DNA from: Octopus sinensis
Lineage: Eukaryota
Length of the DNA stretch: 64,000 nt
Assembly: GCF_006345805.1 (NCBI RefSeq)
Contig: NC_043005.1
Location: 61,628,001 to 61,692,000 of the forward strand
Reading direction: 5' to 3'
Shown: one piece after another, positions 1-14,700 of the stretch
Layout: every line of letters starts with the position of its first letter
How positions within the stretch are numbered: position 1 is the first letter of the stretch
Notes under the pieces: model-generated
The model's database searches: none
Seen by the model: the letters and a program-made list of their open reading frames with translations, nothing else
What the model was told of the DNA's origin: nothing
Made by a program: the position numbers and the translations under genes

Positions 1-717
1 TTTCACTTTCCCCCTTGTGGAGATCGACCACTTGGATAAGCCAAAGAGCGTTCGAAATTACTCGTTGTTTTCAAACGTCTTCATTTAATTACGCTATTTA
101 TTATTACAATAACTCTTTTATTGCATCTACGTAATTTAGATATAATTCATTTTAAAAAGAACACTGCGTTTTATAGTTACGTATATGCTATTCTTTCATA
201 GAATCTCACAACCTATGGATTTTTCAATCATATAGGGACTATTAGGTTAATTTTCTCTACTAGATGTATCTTTCTTAAAGAGTAGCTTTGGAATAAAAAA
301 AAAAAACTGCAACTACAACATCAAAAATAAGAACATGATTTACAACTTGAACATCAGTTTATATAATTGCATATTAACAATATAATTATCAGTGTTTATA
401 TTCTATTATTACTCAATAGCCATTTTCAATAACTTCTGAAATAGAAGCAGATTTGTGTAGCAAGTAAAGAACCGCAGTTAAAATACATTACATGACAGTA
501 AAGTATTATATATTAGAGATGCCTAAATTATCGTTCTATTTTATTCCGTTTCATTTCTTATCTATTTCATCTATTGTCATAATTCATTGTAACTTTTCCT
601 AATGAACCACCATTAGGATGTCAGATCGTCATTACATTCCTTTAATTTTTCATTTGATGTGTTTTTCCTGTATCTTCACTCCATCTCATACAATATCCTC
701 CTACTCTTTTGTTGTTG

Positions 718-781
<64 letters not shown>

Positions 782-2576
782 ACGAGAAACGGTGGCAAAC
801 TTATGAAACCAAAATAGAAAGTGCTGCTTGTCAGATTTTGGCAGTAAAGCAAGAAATACAAACAATAATAACAATAACAATTTGATGATGATGATGACGA
901 CGACGACTATGATGATGATGATGATGATGATAAATACGATAATGATGTAATTGATCGAATTCCATATGAATATAATTTTTCTTCTCCATATAATATATCA
1001 TTTATCTAAGATCACTCTGCTGTGTTAGTGGGGAAGAAATGTGTAGATATGTACAAATTCTGTCTTGAAAAATTATTAACTTTTCCTGAAAATACCTTTA
1101 ATTTGAAAACACTGTAAACTTCAAAGATAGCTGAATTATTAAAAAGACATTTATTTTATATTTTATGTCTATGAAATATATTGTATATTTTCCCGTATTT
1201 TTGTGCTTATTTCAAAAGAATACAACAAAAAGATTGGCGAGTTTCTTTAAATTTCATATCTTCCATTTTTTTTTTTTAATTTCATTTATGTTTTTGAATA
1301 TCTTTTAGCATAGCTCTTATTTCGTGTCTGTGAATTCTTTTTTATTTATGAGAAAATAACACAGGTTTTAAATAAAGAAACTGTATACTTAGACGAATGT
1401 ATGTATATCAATATCTGTATATATGTAAGTCCGTATTTCATTTTTTTCTCGTTCGTTTCTTTATTGTGCTGAAAGTAATTTATTTAAATCCAACAGAATA
1501 ATATTATTTTATCAGGAAAAAGAAATTGTAATAATCAAACAAAATAAATTATAATGAACTTTTTTTTTTTTTATCATTTTGAAAAAATCAGATATGGAAT
1601 ATCAATAAGACAACTAATATATATATTATGAAGAAAAAATACAGTAATGAAACTCTTTGTTGATAACCGAATCATAGACCAGATGTCATTCAATTCTTTT
1701 TTATTATTAATAAAATTAATCATATCTGCCAAAATGTATCAATAAGATTACCATTTTTTTTTTGAAAGGCAATTTTTATTCTAGCAATTTTCGATAAAAT
1801 TTTGGAAATAGAATGACAATTTCCAATCAAATATATTATTTACAATACACTTCTTTATTGTGTTATTGATTTCTGTTTGTCTCAGCAGGAGGCCAACTTA
1901 TAAGAAGGAATTAATTAGACCTTGAGTGTATTGCTAATGCTTAATTTATTAACACTAGAACGAGGAAAGAAAGATAAAGTCAAATTTAACGTGATTAATA
2001 CAGCAACGCTACACACTCATATTTAAAATGATTTTAACGTTATTGCTGTTTATTCCCAGATCAACTCTGATCAAAGGCATTCCAGCTGTGACATTATGTA
2101 TTTTTCCTATATGCAAGGAACCCAGAAGCGTATAATCCAAATACTTTGTTTCAAAAACAACAGAGTGTGATTTGAGGGAAATTTCGTTGCTATTTAGAAT
2201 AGACTGGATGACCACGTAGAGGTTTCTTCGTTGACTCAAAATAATGTCCGACGATGGTATATGATTATTTAAACATTTTGTTACGTTTGACTTTTTTTTT
2301 TTTTGCCTTGGAAGACAAAAACGAAAATAAAAGGAAGAGGAAGGACATTCACATAGCAACAACGAACCTTGAAAAGGATTTCCTTTGCATCCAATGCAGC
2401 CGGTCTACCTATCCTTTATTGGTCTGGTCAGCTCCAACGAGCATGCTGATGATGTAGACAGCATCTTCCGTGAACCTAAATTTGTGAAACTAAACCATTA
2501 TAATATTGACTACTAATTTGTTTTAAGACCAGTTTTTAGATGCAAAAACAGACAAAAGACGGACAGACAGACAGAC

Positions 2577-2720
<144 letters not shown>

Positions 2721-2967
2721 TTTGCCTTTTACTTATTTCAGTCATTGGACTGCTGGGCCAGCTCCTTGAAAAGTTTAATCAAATCAACTTCAGTACTTCT
2801 TTAAGTCTGGCGCTTATTGTACGCTTTCTTTTTTGTCGAACATCTAAATTGAGAAAACGTCAACAAACCAACACTGGTTGCGCAGAGTTAGAGAACAAAG
2901 TCAAAAACACATACACATGCATATAATACATATATATAAATATATATATACATATACAAATATATAA

Positions 2968-3014
<47 letters not shown>

Positions 3015-3755
3015 AACATATATATATATATATAATTAAATAAGAGTAGAAATTGATATTAATCAATTAAAACCAGTGGCCCAGAATATTAAAAAAATCC
3101 GAAGATTAAAAATTTTTTTACATACAAAATTTAAAGGAGTGACCACTAAAAGTGGACAGTCAATATGCTAGATATAGACGTCAAAATCGCTATTTTCCAC
3201 GAAGAATGTGTTATCAAGAAAAAACTCAGCAATATATATATATATATATATATTAATATAATTAATATAGATATATAATTATATACATATAATTAACGAT
3301 ACTGGAGAGGTATTGCCATGCTAGAAATAGCAGTCAAAGCTGACTCTGAAACCACATCATATATTCATATAGCAGAGGTGAAAAGATGATTAATTATAAT
3401 TACATATATATAATTATATATCTGTGTAATTATTACCTGTGCGGATTTTTCCATGCTGGCCACTTGATATGATCGTTATTTTAAATAATTGTCTTATCCT
3501 CTTTATATACATATATATATATATATATATATACTGTGTGTGTGTGTATGTATAAGTATGTATACACACACACGACTGGCTTCTTTCGTTGGCTCGAGGC
3601 TATAGTGAAAGTTCAGTCGCACTACGTGTCCCAAGATGCTACGCTGTAGGCCTGAATCCGAAACCAAACTTTTTACCACACAGCCACGCCTGCACCTCAA
3701 ACAGATAGGCAGAGAGAGGGAGTTAGAGACACACAGAAAGAGAGAGTGAGAGTCA

Positions 3756-3980
3756 TACATACATACATACATACGTACGTACGTACGTACGTACGTACGT
3801 ACATACATACATACATACATACATACATACATACATACATACATACATACATACATACATACGTACGTACGTACGTACATACATACATACATACCTACAT
3901 ACATACATACATACATACATACATACATACATACATACATACATACATACATACATACATACATACATACATACATACAT
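3756..3980. repeat. (TACA)n array with embedded (TACG)n blocks
   Basis: Direct reading; other (TACA)n arrays at 22085-22173 and 48090-48145. Confidence 0.95.
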
Positions 3981-6854
3981 TCGTATATCCTTGAGGCAAT
4001 TTCATGGAACACATGGATGAATTTGGATGAATAGATGGACGAATGGAAATATATCTTGATTGTTTGGTGAATTGGATTAATGGATAAATATATGGATCAG
4101 AGAAGCGTTCAGGAATAGATATATTTTTATGAACTTCAATCACAATACTTACAATGGATATTACATTTACAATATTGTATATTTACAGAAGTGGCTTTTC
4201 CAAAAAGTAAACTAAAAAAAATATACTCCAAAAATATGCCTGATTTTGTTGTATATGATAAAGTTGATGTAATAGAGATGCCATAACGAAAATAGAATTA
4301 TACAAAAGAGGTTTTCAAAGAAAACATATAACTCTATACAAATCTTTTACATTAAGTTTTACATTACATTTACATTATTATTATTACATTAGGGAGTCAC
4401 GACCAGTAATAGATCCACCATTTTATCTACTTTTTTCTAATCAGTCTAATGGATTGATCTGTTCGATTCGATTCGATTCTTTAACTTGTTGTAATCCTGA
4501 AATTGCTTGAGAGATATAGGAAATGTTACTTACATAAGCAAATATGGAGTAATTTCTTTGAATTGGCAAACATTTGATAACGTATTTGCATGTGATGGAG
4601 TTTTCAGGTCTTTATTTTAATTTTTTTTTGTTATTTCTTTCTGAAGGATAAAAAATTGTTCGGAGAAATTGTTTCTCCAAATATTAATAATTAGCTTTTG
4701 TGAGTGTGTATATGTGTGTGTGTGTATGGTTGCGCGTATATGTGAAAGAAAGAGAAAGTGTGTATGTGTGAGTGTGTGCCTATACGTGTGTATGTCCGTG
4801 TATGCATGCATATATGGATGGTTGAATTGATTGATCGGTGGGTTTTTTGCATGTATGTGATGAAAGCACACAGTCGAGTGGATAGTGTGTTTAGCCCATG
4901 ATCATAAGGTGTTCAATGGCGAGACCGGGTGACAAGCTGTCCTTGATTGAGACACTTCATTTCAGATTGATCTAGTCTACTCAAGTCTACCAAACGGAAA
5001 CTGGGGCCACCCTCTTTCCCCTCTAGCTCTCCCATCCAAGCTGGTCGGCTAAGTTCAGGGTGGACAGGCCAAGACGGATAGTACCTGCATAAGTATCCAA
5101 AGCAATTACCTAAAGCTTCTTCCATGCTGTATTCACTCGCTGATGTCATTTGGCTGTACACACATAAACATCATACACATGCGTGTTTGTATGCTTGAAT
5201 GCATATGTCCACATATGTAGATGGCCGCAACACAGTCGAATGGTGCAGAAATTCACTTGACAATACTTAGGTTACAGTTTCGATTCTAATGTATGGATTC
5301 TTACGCAGGTGATCTTTTCCATAGCCTTGAGTTCACCCGAGTATTTATTTCTTTATTGCCCGCAGGGGGCCAAACATGGAGGGGACAAACAAGTACAGAC
5401 AGAGGGATTAAGTCGATTAAATCTACCCCAGTGCGCAACTGATACTTATTTAATCGACCCTGAAAGGATGAAAGGTAATTTCGGTTAAACTTCATTGATG
5501 AAAGCTGGGGCGGGGTGGAACCCCGAGACCAACCGTATCACGCACTACCTTACGCTCAATTGCTTGATTAACTTAAGAGTGAACTTGTCTATAGAGTGTT
5601 CAACCGCTTACAATGAGTAAGTAGTTCGGTTAAACAAACAAAATTCTGGTCGTAATTCTACGAAATATTCATTTATTTGAAGTTTATTATCTATGCAAAT
5701 GTAAGTATGTATATGTATGCATTCTTGCAGGAATGCCTCTAGCTATGAATGTATACTTGTGTGCATGCATGTATGCCAGTAAATTTGTATGCAAATATAT
5801 ACTTATGCATATTTATATCTGTTTATGTATATATGCGTGTATGTGTGAATACGTATGCATACATACACGAATATACGCATGCATACATGAATATGAATGT
5901 TTGCATACGAACAAGTACGTATGTACGTATACATATACATATGCATGTGTGTGGGTGTATTATGTATGTATGTATTATGTATAAATGTATATATGAATAT
6001 ATATATATATATATATCATATAAAATATGTAGTTTTACAAACAAAACTAATACGAATTCCCTTTCAAACATGATAATGAATGCATCATCATCATTATCAT
6101 CATTATCGTCATTATCGTCAACATTCCCAAGAAATTTGGGAAATTGAAATTCTTGAATCTCATTAACAAATAATTAGGAATCGCAGCTATTACAGTAGCT
6201 ATCTTCAAATAAATAGATTTAAACATGCATGTAAAAGAAAATAAAAGAAACTCATGTGAAAACAAAAAAGTGAATTTTAAAATAAATTATAGAATGAAAA
6301 TAAGCAACAGATTGTCAAAATAGATTTCATCGAATTAAAATAAGATTACTCAGTAAAACAAACAAAAAACCCGCACATTCATTTAACCATAAAATCGATA
6401 CGGCAACCATTATTGCCCTCAATAACAGCCATTCACAATCGATCCAAATTGGTGAATGGGTGGAAGGGTTAGGGTTAAGGTCTTCTGCTTCTAAGTGGTT
6501 GTTCCACCTCGCAGAAATAGCAGCTAAATATTCCAAATATTCTTGAGACTTTAAACCAAATTTTTTTATGATATTAGACACGCATGTGGAAAAAAATTTA
6601 ATAAATCTGGTTAATGGAAGTACTAGCTAAATTTTTTCGCGAATTATTACTGTTTCAGAAGAAATAAGACATTGGATAAGTTATGAAGTCCACACACACA
6701 CACACAACATACACACACACACACACATACACACTCACACACACACACACACACACACACACCACACACACACATATATATATATATATACATATAAATA
6801 TTCACAAATATAGATTATGTATTTACATGTGTGTGTGTGTGTATGTGTCTGTAT

Positions 6855-7165
6855 CGTGGCTGTGTGGTAAGAAGCTTGCTTTCCAACCACATGGTTCCGA
6901 GTTCAGTCCCACTGCGTGGCAACTTGGGCAAGTATCTTCTACTATAGCCTTGTGAGTGGATTTGTTAGACGGAAACTAAAAGAAGCTCTTCGTGTATATA
7001 TACGTGTGTGTGTGTATTTATGTGTGTGTGTCTTTGTGTCTGTGTTTGTCCCCCAACCATCGCTAGACAGCCGATGTTTACGTTTTATGTCCCCGAAGCT
7101 TAGCAGTTCGTCGAAAGAGACCGATAAAATAAGTACTAGGTTTACAAAGAATAAATGCTCCAGCT
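6855..7165 (+). mobile_element. SINE family A copy (internally deleted)
   Basis: Aligns to 12061-12482. Confidence 0.8.
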
Positions 7166-7234
7166 GGCTGAAGCGTGTAAAAAATATATATATAGCGAGT
7201 GAGGGAGAGAGAGAGAGAGAAACCTGCATATATA

Positions 7235-7390
7235 TATATAATATTAATTAGAGACAAAACCACTATTTTGCAAATAGTGGTTTTGTCTCTAATTAATATT
7301 ATATAATATTTTACTATAAAATTGGATTTAATCCTAAATCTGATTTTTTCCCTGTAAATTTGGATTTATTCCCTAATATTTATTATTATG
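7235..7390. repeat. foldback element: perfect 34-bp-arm hairpin + conserved tail, embedded in (TA)n
   Basis: ATATTAATTAGAGACAAAACCACTATTT-TGC-AAATAGTGGTTTTGTCTCTAATTAATAT, then tail TTTTCCCTGTAAATTTGGATTTATTCCCTAATATT shared with 59701-60025. Confidence 0.8.
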
Positions 7391-7820
7391 CATATATATA
7401 TATATATATACATAATGTGTGTGTGTGTGTGCATGCGTGCTTGTGTGTGTAAACATACTCATAGAAATTATTATGTTAAGAAATTAGTTGAGATGCGACA
7501 CAGCATGGCATGTCAACAGATGGTCCTTTCGGAGCGATAAATTAAGTACCAGTTACGCACTGGGGTCGATGTAATCGACTTAATACCTATGTCTGTCCTT
7601 GTTTGTCCCCTCTGTGTTTAGCCCCTTGTGGGTAATAAAGAAATAGGTATTGTATATTATAGAGAGTGGAGTAAAATACAACACGCTTGATAGAATGAAT
7701 AACAAACAATTAAGAAAAGAACAATAAAGCAATATTTAGAACGTATAAACTCCAGGCAACAATTATGCTTTCAACACAATCACGCCTTCCACTTATTCGT
7801 GCTAAAAGATGGCTCCTTTA

Positions 7821-7873
7821 CAGCTGAGACACCTGCGCCATATAAATGTTGTCTCTCAGAGCTGATCTCAGCA
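7821..7873 (+). promoter_or_regulatory. candidate Pol II core promoter (TATA + Inr-like, two E-boxes)
   Basis: TATAAAT at 7841-7847 in GC-richer unique sequence, TCAGCA with its A 29 nt downstream, CAGCTG (7821) and CACCTG (7830) just upstream. Confidence 0.3.
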
Positions 7874-8179
7874 ATTCTTTAACAAAGCAATAATCTGTGT
7901 TCATGACTCACAAATCAACAGAAACATCGTTGTTTCCAGCCATAAGCACAAAAGCATGTAGCCGCCCGCTTTTGCGTTCTTCCAGAGGTATAAATTAAGC
8001 AAAATCGTGACCGCTAGAGCTTGAACCAGAAATCAAAGAGTTAAACTAATCGATCATTCATCGATACTCTTCATAGTAATTTATGAATAACTTTATATTA
8101 GATTCTTATATTTCTTGAATGTTCATCAAATTTAGCCAAATTTTCTCCTGGACACTGAATCTTGCTACAATACCTTTAT

Positions 8180-8532
8180 CAGTCCCACTGCGTGGCACCT
8201 TGGGCAAGTGTCTTCTACTGTAGCCTCGGGTCGACCAAAGCCTTGTGAGTGGATTTGGTAGATGGAAACTGAAAGAAGCCCGTCGAATATATGTATATAT
8301 ATATATGTGTGTGTGTATATGTTTGTATGTCTGTGTTTGTCCCCTTAGAATTGTTTGACAACCGATGCTGGTTTGTTTACGTCACCGTCACTTGGCGGTT
8401 CTGCAAAAGAGAGCAATAGAATAAGTACTGGGCTTACAAAGAATAAGTCCCGGGGTCGATTTGTTCGACTAAAGGCGGTGCTCCAGCATGGACGCAGTCA
8501 AATGACTGAAACAAGTAAAAAAGTAAAAGAGA
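8180..8532 (+). mobile_element. SINE family A copy (5'-truncated)
   Basis: Aligns from CAGTCCCACTGCGTGGC to the tail. Confidence 0.8.
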
Positions 8533-9174
8533 GAGATAGCCGTTCACCTTTTTTTACCTTATTTACAAAATATTCTCATCAAAATCGCTGATTAGAACGG
8601 TTGTATATTTGCCACACATATGGTAATAACAACAACTGCCACGATGGCAACACCGTGGGCGAACATAAACACAGGAACTGTACCAAATTTTCGGTGTCGT
8701 AAGACAGCAGCAGCACTGTGGGGTGAGAGGATGGGCTGAGGGAAAGGCCATGCTGCTGCTAAGAACAGTGATACACACGCATACACACATGCACACACAT
8801 GCACACACACACACACACACACACACACTCAAACACAAACACGGACGCAACGGCAAGCGCACATAATGATACACATCTTAGAAAAATAGAATGGAGTAAT
8901 TAGAGCAAGAGCACACACGATAACAGGAAAAATGTCGCTGAAGAGGTCACAGATGTGTGAGGAAAGATTTTCGGACAATGGACATGAGTTACAATTTTTA
9001 AAGAATAAGAACAATAATAAACGAGTGAAAGAACATTTATATAATTCGTGTGTATATTTGGCAAAAACAAAAAAATGACCGTCCTGAAATACAACAATAT
9101 CTGTTTCAACACATGATTTCACACCAGGAAACTCGCAACACAAATTGATAAATATATAGATAGATGGACAAATG

Positions 9175-9277
<103 letters not shown>

Positions 9278-9410
9278 TTACATATAAATATACAATTATG
9301 TGTATGTGTGTGTACATGCACGCACACACACGCACACCACACACACACAATACATATATTTTTATGTATGTGCGCACGCATATGTTCAAAGTTCAGATCA
9401 TCTCAGTACA

Positions 9411-9988
<578 letters not shown>

Positions 9989-10421
9989 TGGCTGTGGGTT
10001 TGTGTTTATATTTCTTGAACGTGTACATATGTCATGTGTATGCACGAGTGACTCGAAGGATTCAGCGCGTTGAAAGCATATTTGCTGTTTGTCAGTTAGC
10101 TCGGTATTCTGTTTATTACTTCATTTTTCTTTACTGAATTTATTTCATCTGTCAGGCGTATGTTTTTAACCTCTACTCATCTGCTGCCAGAGACATCTCA
10201 AGAAAAAAGTCATTTATCCGTGTCTTACTCATTTTTTCTCTATCTTTCTCTCTTTCCATGTCACCCTCTCTCCCTCTCTCTCCCTCTCTCTTTCTCTGTC
10301 TGTTTTACTCTTCCCCTCTTTATACATATACTCATACGTGTTCATGTGTAGATATACATACAGGTGTAATTATGTATGTATACGCATGTACGTTTACGCA
10401 TGTGTAGATTTATATAAATAT

Positions 10422-10482
<61 letters not shown>

Positions 10483-10648
10483 CATATATATATCGATATA
10501 CACTTATGTATTTCATCTATTATTATATTATATACATATAGTATATGACATAAATGTGTTTATATGTACGCGTATGTGCGTATATATATTGATATAAATA
10601 CAAGCAAATACACAAAACCGCATACACTCATATACATGTGTATGTATG

Positions 10649-10704
<56 letters not shown>

Positions 10705-10711
10705 CATACTT

Positions 10712-10778
<67 letters not shown>

Positions 10779-10902
10779 CATATGTATGTATGCATATCTA
10801 TATTTGAATATTTTTAGTACTTCAAATACATTGCATTACCACGTCCTCACATTGCCCTTTTTTGTTTTGTTTTTCTTCGTTTTAGTGGGGATTAGATATA
10901 TA

Positions 10903-10987
<85 letters not shown>

Positions 10988-11296
10988 AGAAAGAGAGAAC
11001 GCAAGAGAGAAAAATGTATAAATGAATAAGCTCGCAAAATTTTCACATAGTGCCGGGAAATGATAAAACGCAATGAAATGAATGCTTCAACTCCAACTAA
11101 AAGAAGTTGTAAATATTATTTGGAAACACTTCTATTTCAAAATTCGATATTTTTGACAGACACCTCCGCATAATCTGAAATTCAGTTAATGATCTGTCTC
11201 TGATGAACGTAAAGATATCTGAGCCGATTTCTAGAAGTTTGTATTTATGTCAGACTTGAATAGACAAATGTTTGGTTGATATGTATATATGTTATA

Positions 11297-11372
<76 letters not shown>

Positions 11373-11499
11373 CCCCGCTTATACTATACTGCTTTAATCG
11401 CTTGCGTCTAAGTGTGAAATATTTGCATATGTGTTTGTATGCGTAGGACATGTGTAGAATCATGCAATGTGTACGTGGTGTTTAAGGTGTACAGATGAC

Positions 11500-11704
<205 letters not shown>

Positions 11705-11721
11705 TAGATAGATAGATAGAC

Positions 11722-11809
<88 letters not shown>

Positions 11810-12060
11810 GCCACCCTGCAGATCAGTCAGGCAAGTCAATATTCCCGCTGAATGAGACACCATTTTGTCGCAGAGTCACCCATTTATAGTTGAGTTGTTT
11901 GGAGGAATATGAAATAAAGTATTTTATTGAAGAATATAACGCAACGCCGAGCTGGGAATCGAAATAGAGATCTTCCGAGTAACACTTTAACAACTTTGCT
12001 ATGCGCCTTCACCACATATATGTGTGTGTGTATGTATGTGTGTGTGTGGTGTATATATAT

Positions 12061-12481
12061 AGGCGTAGGAATGGCTGTGTGGTAAGTAGCTTGTTTACCA
12101 ACCACATGGTTCCGGGTTCAGTCCCACTGCGTGGCACCTTGGGCAAGTGTCTTCTACTATAGCCTCGGGCCGACCAAAGCCTTGTGAGTGGATTTGGTAG
12201 ACGGAAACTGAAAGAAGCCCGTCGTATATATGTATATATATATATATATATATATGCATGTGTGTGTTTGTGTGTCTGTGTTTGTCCCCCTAGCATTGCT
12301 TGACAACCGATGCTGGTGTGTTTATGTCCCCGTTACTTAGCGGTTCGGCAAAAGAGACCGATAGAATAAGTACTGGGCTTACAAAAGAATAAGTCCCGGG
12401 GTCGAGTTGTTCGATTAAAGGCGGTGCTCCAGCATGGCCGCAGTCAAATGACTGAAGCAAGTAAAAGAGTAAAACAGTAAA

Positions 12482-12482
<1 letters not shown>
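12061..12482 (+). mobile_element. tRNA-derived SINE family A, full-length copy
   Basis: GGCTGTGTGGTAAG A-box-like head, GGTTCAGTCCC B-box-like, CACCTTGGGCAAGTG central domain, internal (TA)/(TG) tract, AAGTAAAAGAG tail. Confidence 0.85.
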
Positions 12483-12527
<45 letters not shown>

Positions 12528-13804
12528 TATACGTATAAGCGTGTACGCCTGCATGTGTTTGTGAAGTCGATGTATTCATTTATATATTTTGTTATATAGA
12601 GTTAGAAATCTTTTATATGTAAAACCAATTAAGTATTTTCAGTTTCTCTTCATATATGAGTATGCATGTGCGTGTACTTGCTTCCAGAATCAAACTTCCT
12701 TTCGGAATTTATAAGACTTATAAGTCTGTCTTCCCGGATTCTGGGGCGTTTATGCTCCCTTCTCCCTGAATGCGACGTCGATCCATCATAGGATTACTCA
12801 TCTTCCCCCCAGCTGAGCAGATTAAAGCAACATGAAATAGAGTGTTTTGTTCAAGGACAATACAACGCATCACCCGATCCAGGAATCGAAACCCCAATCT
12901 TACGATCATGAATGTAACACTAGACCACTAGACCACGTCCCTCCACGTACCAGTATATAGTTACACATATATTCATAACTGAGCTTAAGACCTATATGCC
13001 CATATAATCATATGCATGCATAAATATATATGTACGTGTGTGTACAGGTTTGTCTGTATTATAGCACCATGCATATGCTCTATACAGCACATTTTCTTAT
13101 TTCGCTTCATAAATGATATATGCTGTTGGTTTTCAGTTTGGTTTCTGCTCATTGATGGTATGTGTCATTCAGAGACAGTAGTGAGTGTCATTTGGCATTC
13201 TAATCCACGGAAACTAATGTTCCCATGTCAGTCTGTGGCAATTTAAATACATGTCTAATGTCGTTTTATGTTATGATTCTGTCTACGGAAAATGGTATCT
13301 GTCAAGCTTTAGAATCGAATTTGACAATTTCTTACATTCTACGCTGTAATATCTTTCGCCGTTGTTACTGTTTTCCTTGTTCGTGCTCTTGTTCATGTTC
13401 TTGTTATCGTTCTTGTTTCTTTCTGTTTCTCAACAATTTTTTTATTTATCTTTATACTATTTTTCTTGTGCCTGTAGTTATTGATATATCTGTTGCTGTT
13501 GTTGTTGTTGTTTTCTCGTTGACATTCTAGATTTCGTTCTTCTTATTGGTATCGTTGTTTATGTTATTGTTTTGTTGTTTTCTGAGACCACACCTTCTCA
13601 GAGTCTGCATACAGACAGTCCTACACCTAGTCTTCCACCTTCAATCGCCTTCACACCAATAAAAACTGTTCTGTTGTTGTATAATGTTGTATGACCCGTA
13701 TTTATATGCGTTGTGCCATATATAATACAGCATCAAGACACACTCATTCATATACATACGTGCATACATACGTAGTAGTATATCTCTGTAAAAACATCAA
13801 TAAA

Positions 13805-14135
13805 ATGCAAACATAATAGACCAGACACCATGATTTAGAACAGAGGGGAACTATGTACAATAGTGGATGTCAGTTGCTCAGAGATGTGAACATAAATTGA
13901 AAGATCAGCTAGAAAGAAAATGCATATACTGGACTTTCGAAAAATTTACAGATGCTTCACCCACGCTACAAGTTTAGATTCATACCACTAATTACTGAGC
14001 TGCTTGGATATGTGAATCAGCAGCCTCTCTACCAATCTTGAGAAATTGTGGTTCTTAAAATCAGAAAGGAGAAAACTAATTGGAAGGCAACTGGTGGAAG
14101 CCATCATCGTAACTGTCAAAATATGCAAAACAAAA
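13805..14135 (+). mobile_element. decayed 3' fragment of RLE-type non-LTR retrotransposon (restriction-like endonuclease region)
   Basis: Stop-riddled translation (H)NRPDTMI*NRGELCTIVDVSCSE resembles the NRPDIV...CxIVxVSCP motif of RLE domains. Confidence 0.5.
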
Positions 14136-14404
14136 AGTGTCTATAAAGTATATGTGTACGTGTCTTAACATGCAATTCAATGTATAAGTTTACACACATA
14201 CACATAAAACAAAGCGTATACATCTGCACATGTACTGACACCAAATACTTACACATATACACACATACATATACCCTGATGGTCTTGTAGAAACTCCATT
14301 GAAGGTGCCTTGGATTTAAACTAGCTCTTTCTTCATTGGCAAGAAATCTATAAAGTTAACAGTGGCATACTTACGTAAAAACTTACATACACACATACAT
14401 ATCA

Positions 14405-14700
14405 GCTGAAATGTTCTGCTCAGAAAATGTCAGCTTAATGTTAAAATTTAATGAAAAAGAGAATATCTACGTCGGACTGATGAGGAATCTGCCTGTACTC
14501 CATCCAGATTATAAAGTTAGATTTCAACTAACAATTATTAAAGTTCTTGGCAACGTGCATAATTGCCTCAGAACCGATTTTATTCGGTTTGGATTCACAA
14601 AACTAGAAAGAACATGTCTAATCAGATGATTACAGCTACAAAACTGTCAAAAATACTGTCAAAATATAGAATATATTCATGAAGTTCAGCATGAAATAAA
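14405..14700 (+). mobile_element. second 3' fragment of the same RLE-type non-LTR family
   Basis: ORF 14411..14629, ENVSLMLKFNEKENIYVGLMRNLPVLHPDYKVRFQLTIIKVLGNV, matches the (N)EKxxxYxxL...PII.GALG pattern at the C-terminus of RLE LINEs. Confidence 0.55.

Noticed and set aside
14411-14629. RNLPVLHPDYKVRFQLTIIKVL as an nAChR exon 2 (RPV...V.F.L.I)
   Set aside because: Better explained as a LINE endonuclease C-terminus; no good splice sites.
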